Shown here one piece after another: positions 60,292-64,000 of a stretch of DNA of 64,000 nucleotides (position 1 is the first letter of the stretch; each line of letters begins with the position of its first letter). Both the position numbers and the translations under genes were made by a program. The notes under the pieces were generated by a model. That model was not told the origin of the DNA, ran no database searches, and was given only the letters and a program-made list of their open reading frames with translations. The DNA is from Rhabdothermincola salaria (GTDB lineage: Bacteria; Actinomycetota; Acidimicrobiia; Acidimicrobiales; Acidimicrobilacustridaceae). The stretch is taken from positions 1,568,168 through 1,632,167 of the forward strand of contig NZ_JAJQXW010000001.1 of the NCBI RefSeq assembly GCF_021246445.1, in the 5' to 3' direction.

Positions 60292-62751
60292 ATGGCCCAG
60301 GCCCGCACGGCGAGAACCCGTTTCGGCGACCACGTCATCGACGCCGGGGCCCGCACCTTGACCCGCGGCGGGGTCGTCGTCGACCTCGAGCCGCGCACCT
60401 TCGACGTGCTGGCCTACCTGGTGGACAACCGCGACCGTGTCGTCCCCAAGACCGAGCTGCTCGACGAGCTCTGGGGCGACCGCTTCGTCAGTGAATCGGC
60501 ACTCAGCACCCGGATCAAGCACGCCCGGGCCGCCATCGACGACGACGGCCGGCGCCAGCACCGCATCCGCACCGCCCACCGTGTGGGCTACCAATTCGTG
60601 GCCGAGGCCGAGGAGCTCGACGGACCGGGCCCCGACCTCCCCCGGACCGGACTCCCCGACTGGACCCTGCCCCGCCGCCGGGACCTCGTGGGACGGGACC
60701 GGGATCGTCGGGAGGTCACCGCACGACTGGACGGCCACCGGCTGGTGACGATCACCGGCCCCGCGGGCGTGGGGAAGACGGCGTTGGCCGAGACGCTGAT
60801 CGCCGAGGTGGCCGCCCCCGACCCGATCGTCTGCCACCTCGCCGAGACGCGCGACCCGTCGAGTGTCGGCGACGTCGTGCTCCGGGCCCTGGGGCACGCT
60901 CGCCAGGGCGGCGGGGGGCCCATGGAGACGGTCCTGCGCGTCCTCGAGCGCCGCCAGGGACTGGTGCTGCTGGACAACTGCGAGCACGTGCTCGCGGCCG
61001 TGGAGCCGCTCGTCGCGGGGTTGCTCGCCCGCTGTCCCGGGGTCCGGGTCCTGACCACGAGCCGGGTGCCACTCGGGCTCGAGGACGAGAGCGTGGTGGT
61101 GCTCGGTCCGCTCGCCCTCGACGACGCCGTCAGGTGCTTCGCTCGCGGCGCCGCCGACGCCGGGGCCACGGTCGAGGTGGACGACCCCGCCCTGGTGGAG
61201 CTCTGCGAACGGCTCGACGGCGTGCCGTTGGCCCTGGATCTCGCCGCCGCCCGCACCCGGGTGCTGTCGCCGGCGGAGATGGTGCCGCTGCTCCGCGACC
61301 GCTTCCGCCTCCTGCGCGCCACCGTCGCGGGGGCCGAGCGTTCGCTGCACGCCGCCCTGGCCACCTCCTGGGACGCGCTCGACGACGTCCAGCAAGCGTT
61401 GCTCGCCGACCTCGCCGTGCTCGTCGGCCCGTTCACCCTCGACGATGCCCGCATGATCGCCCTGGCCGACGCCGATCCGTTCGACGTGGTCGACCACGTC
61501 GAACGCCTCGTGCGCCACTCGCTCGTCGTGGCCCGCCCGGCCGAACGGGGCAGGACGCAGTTCCAGTTGCTCGACTCGGTCAGGGACTTCGTGCTCGAGC
61601 AGGTGCCGCTCGACGACGATCGACGCCGGCGCCACGTCGCCCACTTCGTCCAACGAGCCGAGCACCTCGATGCCCGGTGCCAGACGGACCACATCGACGA
61701 GGCCATCGCCGAGCTCTCCGCCATCTGGTCCAACCTGCGCGCCGCGGTCGGGTACGGGCTCGCCATCGACGACGTCGACGCCGTGGGCCACCTGCTGCGG
61801 GCCGTGGTGGAGGTCGCCGAGCTGCGAGCCACCTACGAGGTGGCGGACTGGGCGGGTCGCGCCGTCGAACGGTTCGGCGACGAGCCGCAGTCGGACCTGC
61901 ACGCGGACACGATGGCCGTCCTCTCCCGCATGCTGGCCCACCAGGGCCACGTCGAGCGCGCCGCCGAGCTCGCCCGCAAGGCGGCCGCGGCCCACCGCTC
62001 CCATCCCACTGCGATGGCCCTGGTGTGGTCCGCCTACTACCGAGGTGATCTCGACACCGTGGTCGAGCTGGCTCCCCAGCTGGTCGAACTCAGCCGGTCG
62101 GCTCGGGGCTTCGACCGGGGCTACGCCGATGGCTTCGTCGCCATCGTGGCCGCCGTGCGCCAGGACACCGACGTCACCTCGGCCACCGTCGAGCCCGACG
62201 ACGCCGCCACCGGCGTGCTGGGCACGCTCGACGTCCTGACGGCCGGCCTTCGCGTGTGCGCCTCCGACCCCGTCCGGGCCATCGCGCTGCTCGAGGCCGT
62301 CGCCGAGACGTCGCTGGCACGCGAGTACCGGCTGCTCCTGGGGGCGGCGGCGAGCACCCTGACCCAGGTGGCGCTGCCGTCACGGCCGCCCCGGGAGGCC
62401 ATGGACATCCTGCGACGCACCCTCGGTCGCTACCAGGAGCGAGGCATGTGGAACCTCGTCGTCGCCGACGTGGTCATGGCCGCCCGCCTCCTCGCCGACG
62501 CCGGTGAGGTGGATCTGGCGGCTCGCCTCCTCGGGGCGCGGGAGACATCCGGCTACTCCGTGGGGCTCTCCGAGGTGCTCGCGGCGCTGCTGCGCGACGA
62601 GCTGTCGGCGAGGCTGGGCGAGCGGGCCGATGAGCTCGTCGCGGAAGGACGCCGCTGGCGCCCGCCGGACGCCGCCGAGGCCGCCATCGGGGGTCTGGCG
62701 CGGGTGCTGGCCCGGGAGGAGCCACCGGAGCCAGACCCCGATGGGGCCTGA
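60292..62751 (+). CDS. Winged-helix (OmpR-type) + NB-ARC-like ATPase transcriptional regulator
   Basis: LEP..FD.L.YL...RDRVV.K.EL, IRT..RVGY; Walker A GPAGVGKT; LLDNCEH; C.RLDGVPLA. Confidence 0.9.
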   Translation: MAQARTARTRFGDHVIDAGARTLTRGGVVVDLEPRTFDVLAYLVDNRDRVVPKTELLDELWGDRFVSESALSTRIKHARAAIDDDGRRQHRIRTAHRVGYQFVAEAEELDGPGPDLPRTGLPDWTLPRRRDLVGRDRDRREVTARLDGHRLVTITGPAGVGKTALAETLIAEVAAPDPIVCHLAETRDPSSVGDVVLRALGHARQGGGGPMETVLRVLERRQGLVLLDNCEHVLAAVEPLVAGLLARCPGVRVLTTSRVPLGLEDESVVVLGPLALDDAVRCFARGAADAGATVEVDDPALVELCERLDGVPLALDLAAARTRVLSPAEMVPLLRDRFRLLRATVAGAERSLHAALATSWDALDDVQQALLADLAVLVGPFTLDDARMIALADADPFDVVDHVERLVRHSLVVARPAERGRTQFQLLDSVRDFVLEQVPLDDDRRRRHVAHFVQRAEHLDARCQTDHIDEAIAELSAIWSNLRAAVGYGLAIDDVDAVGHLLRAVVEVAELRATYEVADWAGRAVERFGDEPQSDLHADTMAVLSRMLAHQGHVERAAELARKAAAAHRSHPTAMALVWSAYYRGDLDTVVELAPQLVELSRSARGFDRGYADGFVAIVAAVRQDTDVTSATVEPDDAATGVLGTLDVLTAGLRVCASDPVRAIALLEAVAETSLAREYRLLLGAAASTLTQVALPSRPPREAMDILRRTLGRYQERGMWNLVVADVVMAARLLADAGEVDLAARLLGARETSGYSVGLSEVLAALLRDELSARLGERADELVAEGRRWRPPDAAEAAIGGLARVLAREEPPEPDPDGA

Positions 62752-62772
62752 CCCGGCGGCCCGGCCCGGCCC

Positions 62773-63564
62773 TCAGCGGCGCCGGGCGCGGAACGTGTGG
62801 CTGTAGACGTCGAAGGAACGGGCCCGCTCCTCACCCGGGGCTCCTCCGAAGGTGTCGACGGCCATCCCCACCGACAAGCCGGTGAAGCCGGCCTCTTCGA
62901 TCGCCGCGCACCACTCGTCGACCGACCGGCCGCCGGCGATGCAGTCGGTCCACAGCCCGATGTCGCTGCGGGCTTCGTCGGGGACGTCGCGACCCACGGC
63001 GATGTCGGCGAACTGGAGCACCCCGCCGGGCCGCAGCACCCGCCGCGCCTCGCCGAAGACCCGGGCCTTGTCGGCGACGAGGTTCAACACGCCGTTGCTG
63101 ATCACCACGTCGGCCCAACCGTCGGGAACCGGCAGGTCCTCGAGGATCCCGGCCCGGTAGTCGATGGTGTCGAGCCCCAGGGTGCTGGCCACCCGGCGGG
63201 CCCGCTCGAGCATCGCCTCGGTCATGTCGACGCCGATGACGTGGCCCTGGCGACCCACGACGTGGGCGGCGACCACGCAGTCGAAGCCGCCACCGGAGCC
63301 CAGGTCGACGACGTTCGCGCCCTCGGGCAGCGGAGCGGCCGAGAACGGGTTGCCGACACCGGCGAAGCTGGCCACGGCATCGTCGGGCAGCTCGGCCAAG
63401 AGGTCGGTCGGGTACCCGAGCCGTTCGGCCAGCGGCCGTCCGGTGTGGAAGTGGTACCCGGCCCCCGGGTCGGTGGCCACATCGGTGTACTTGGTGCGCA
63501 CCTCGGCGCGCAGGGCCTCCGGGTCCACGGTGAGGGTGTTGGTGGTGGTGGTCGTGTCCTGCAT
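62773..63564 (-). CDS. ArsM-like class I SAM-dependent methyltransferase
   Basis: SFAGVGNP, VDLGSGGGFD, GVDMT..ML, DVVISNGV.NL, LWTDCIAG. Confidence 0.85.
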   Translation of the reverse strand: MQDTTTTTNTLTVDPEALRAEVRTKYTDVATDPGAGYHFHTGRPLAERLGYPTDLLAELPDDAVASFAGVGNPFSAAPLPEGANVVDLGSGGGFDCVVAAHVVGRQGHVIGVDMTEAMLERARRVASTLGLDTIDYRAGILEDLPVPDGWADVVISNGVLNLVADKARVFGEARRVLRPGGVLQFADIAVGRDVPDEARSDIGLWTDCIAGGRSVDEWCAAIEEAGFTGLSVGMAVDTFGGAPGEERARSFDVYSHTFRARRR

Positions 63565-63740
63565 GACTGCCTCCCTGGTCGAGCTGCGGTGCGTCCTCGC
63601 ACCGCTGGGTCCACCATCGCCCCGGGCGGGCGCCGAAGTCCTTGCGGAACCCTGGCGGTGCCGTGGCGAGGGCAGCGATCGGCCCGGTGAGGCGCGGGTC
63701 GTCAGGGCTCGGGGGCCTGGCCCACGGTTTCTCGTCGCCG

Positions 63741-63998
63741 TCAGCGGGGACGGCGGTCCCAGTCGAGCGCTCCCCCGGGGCCCAGCTCGGCCGGCACCGG
63801 GCGACCCAGCGTGTGGGCCTGCCAGGTGACCTCGTCGTTCATGGACCGGGGGTACACCACCTCGTCGGTGGCCATCAGGTCGTCGACCAACGCGCCCCAG
63901 CCGGCCGGGTCGGCCTCGTCGTCGAGCCGGACCCCTCGGTTCTCGCCCAGCACGACCCGAGCGGCACGACCCCCACCGACCGAGAACGACTCCCCCGA
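63741..63998 (-). CDS. 3' end of a CDS running off the window; probable SDR C-terminus
   Basis: Frame is open to the edge: SGESFSVGGGRAARVVLG resembles the (T/S)GE.F..GGG..AR tail of SDRs. Confidence 0.5.
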   Translation of the reverse strand, partial: SGESFSVGGGRAARVVLGENRGVRLDDEADPAGWGALVDDLMATDEVVYPRSMNDEVTWQAHTLGRPVPAELGPGGALDWDRRPR

Positions 63999-64000
63999 GA

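Noticed and set aside
60292..62751. STAND/NLR-like anti-phage defence protein
   Set aside because: An N-terminal OmpR-type DNA-binding domain plus an LLDNCEH ATPase is the common actinobacterial regulator architecture; there is no effector nuclease or defence context.

Overview
This is a very GC-rich actinobacterial chromosomal segment; gene content and style suggest Acidimicrobiia (inference). From 1 to 18.4 kb there is a catabolic region: amidohydrolase, five SDRs, LLM monooxygenase, TauD, OYE-type reductase, an ACAD+APH pair, an NTF2 protein, two MarR regulators and several small proteins. From 18.5 to 33 kb lie a coiled-coil M15 peptidase, xfp-ackA, a geranylgeranyl-reductase-like gene, a 600 bp REP-like repeat mosaic, an aldo/keto reductase, tRNA-Gln(CTG), ydcF-like, gltX, an L,D-transpeptidase and a DUF222-HNH gene. 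From 33 to 60 kb is a dispersed branched-chain amino acid/serine cluster (leuB-ilvE-cimA, IclR/leuCD, leuA, serA, serC, an aminotransferase) with greA, ppx, a thiolase-like gene and a CoA-transferase. From 60 to 64 kb are a frameshifted VOC gene, a wHTH-ATPase regulator and an ArsM-like methyltransferase. The most notable signal is absent from the ORF track: two structurally similar ribosome-mediated attenuators with leaderless leader peptides, MSSTRFELLLT before leuA and [13 protein letters not shown] before leuB-ilvE-cimA. In both, sensing codons sit one codon before a UAG, followed by a similar hairpin and an intrinsic terminator. All calls come from reading the sequence by eye; no searches were run.
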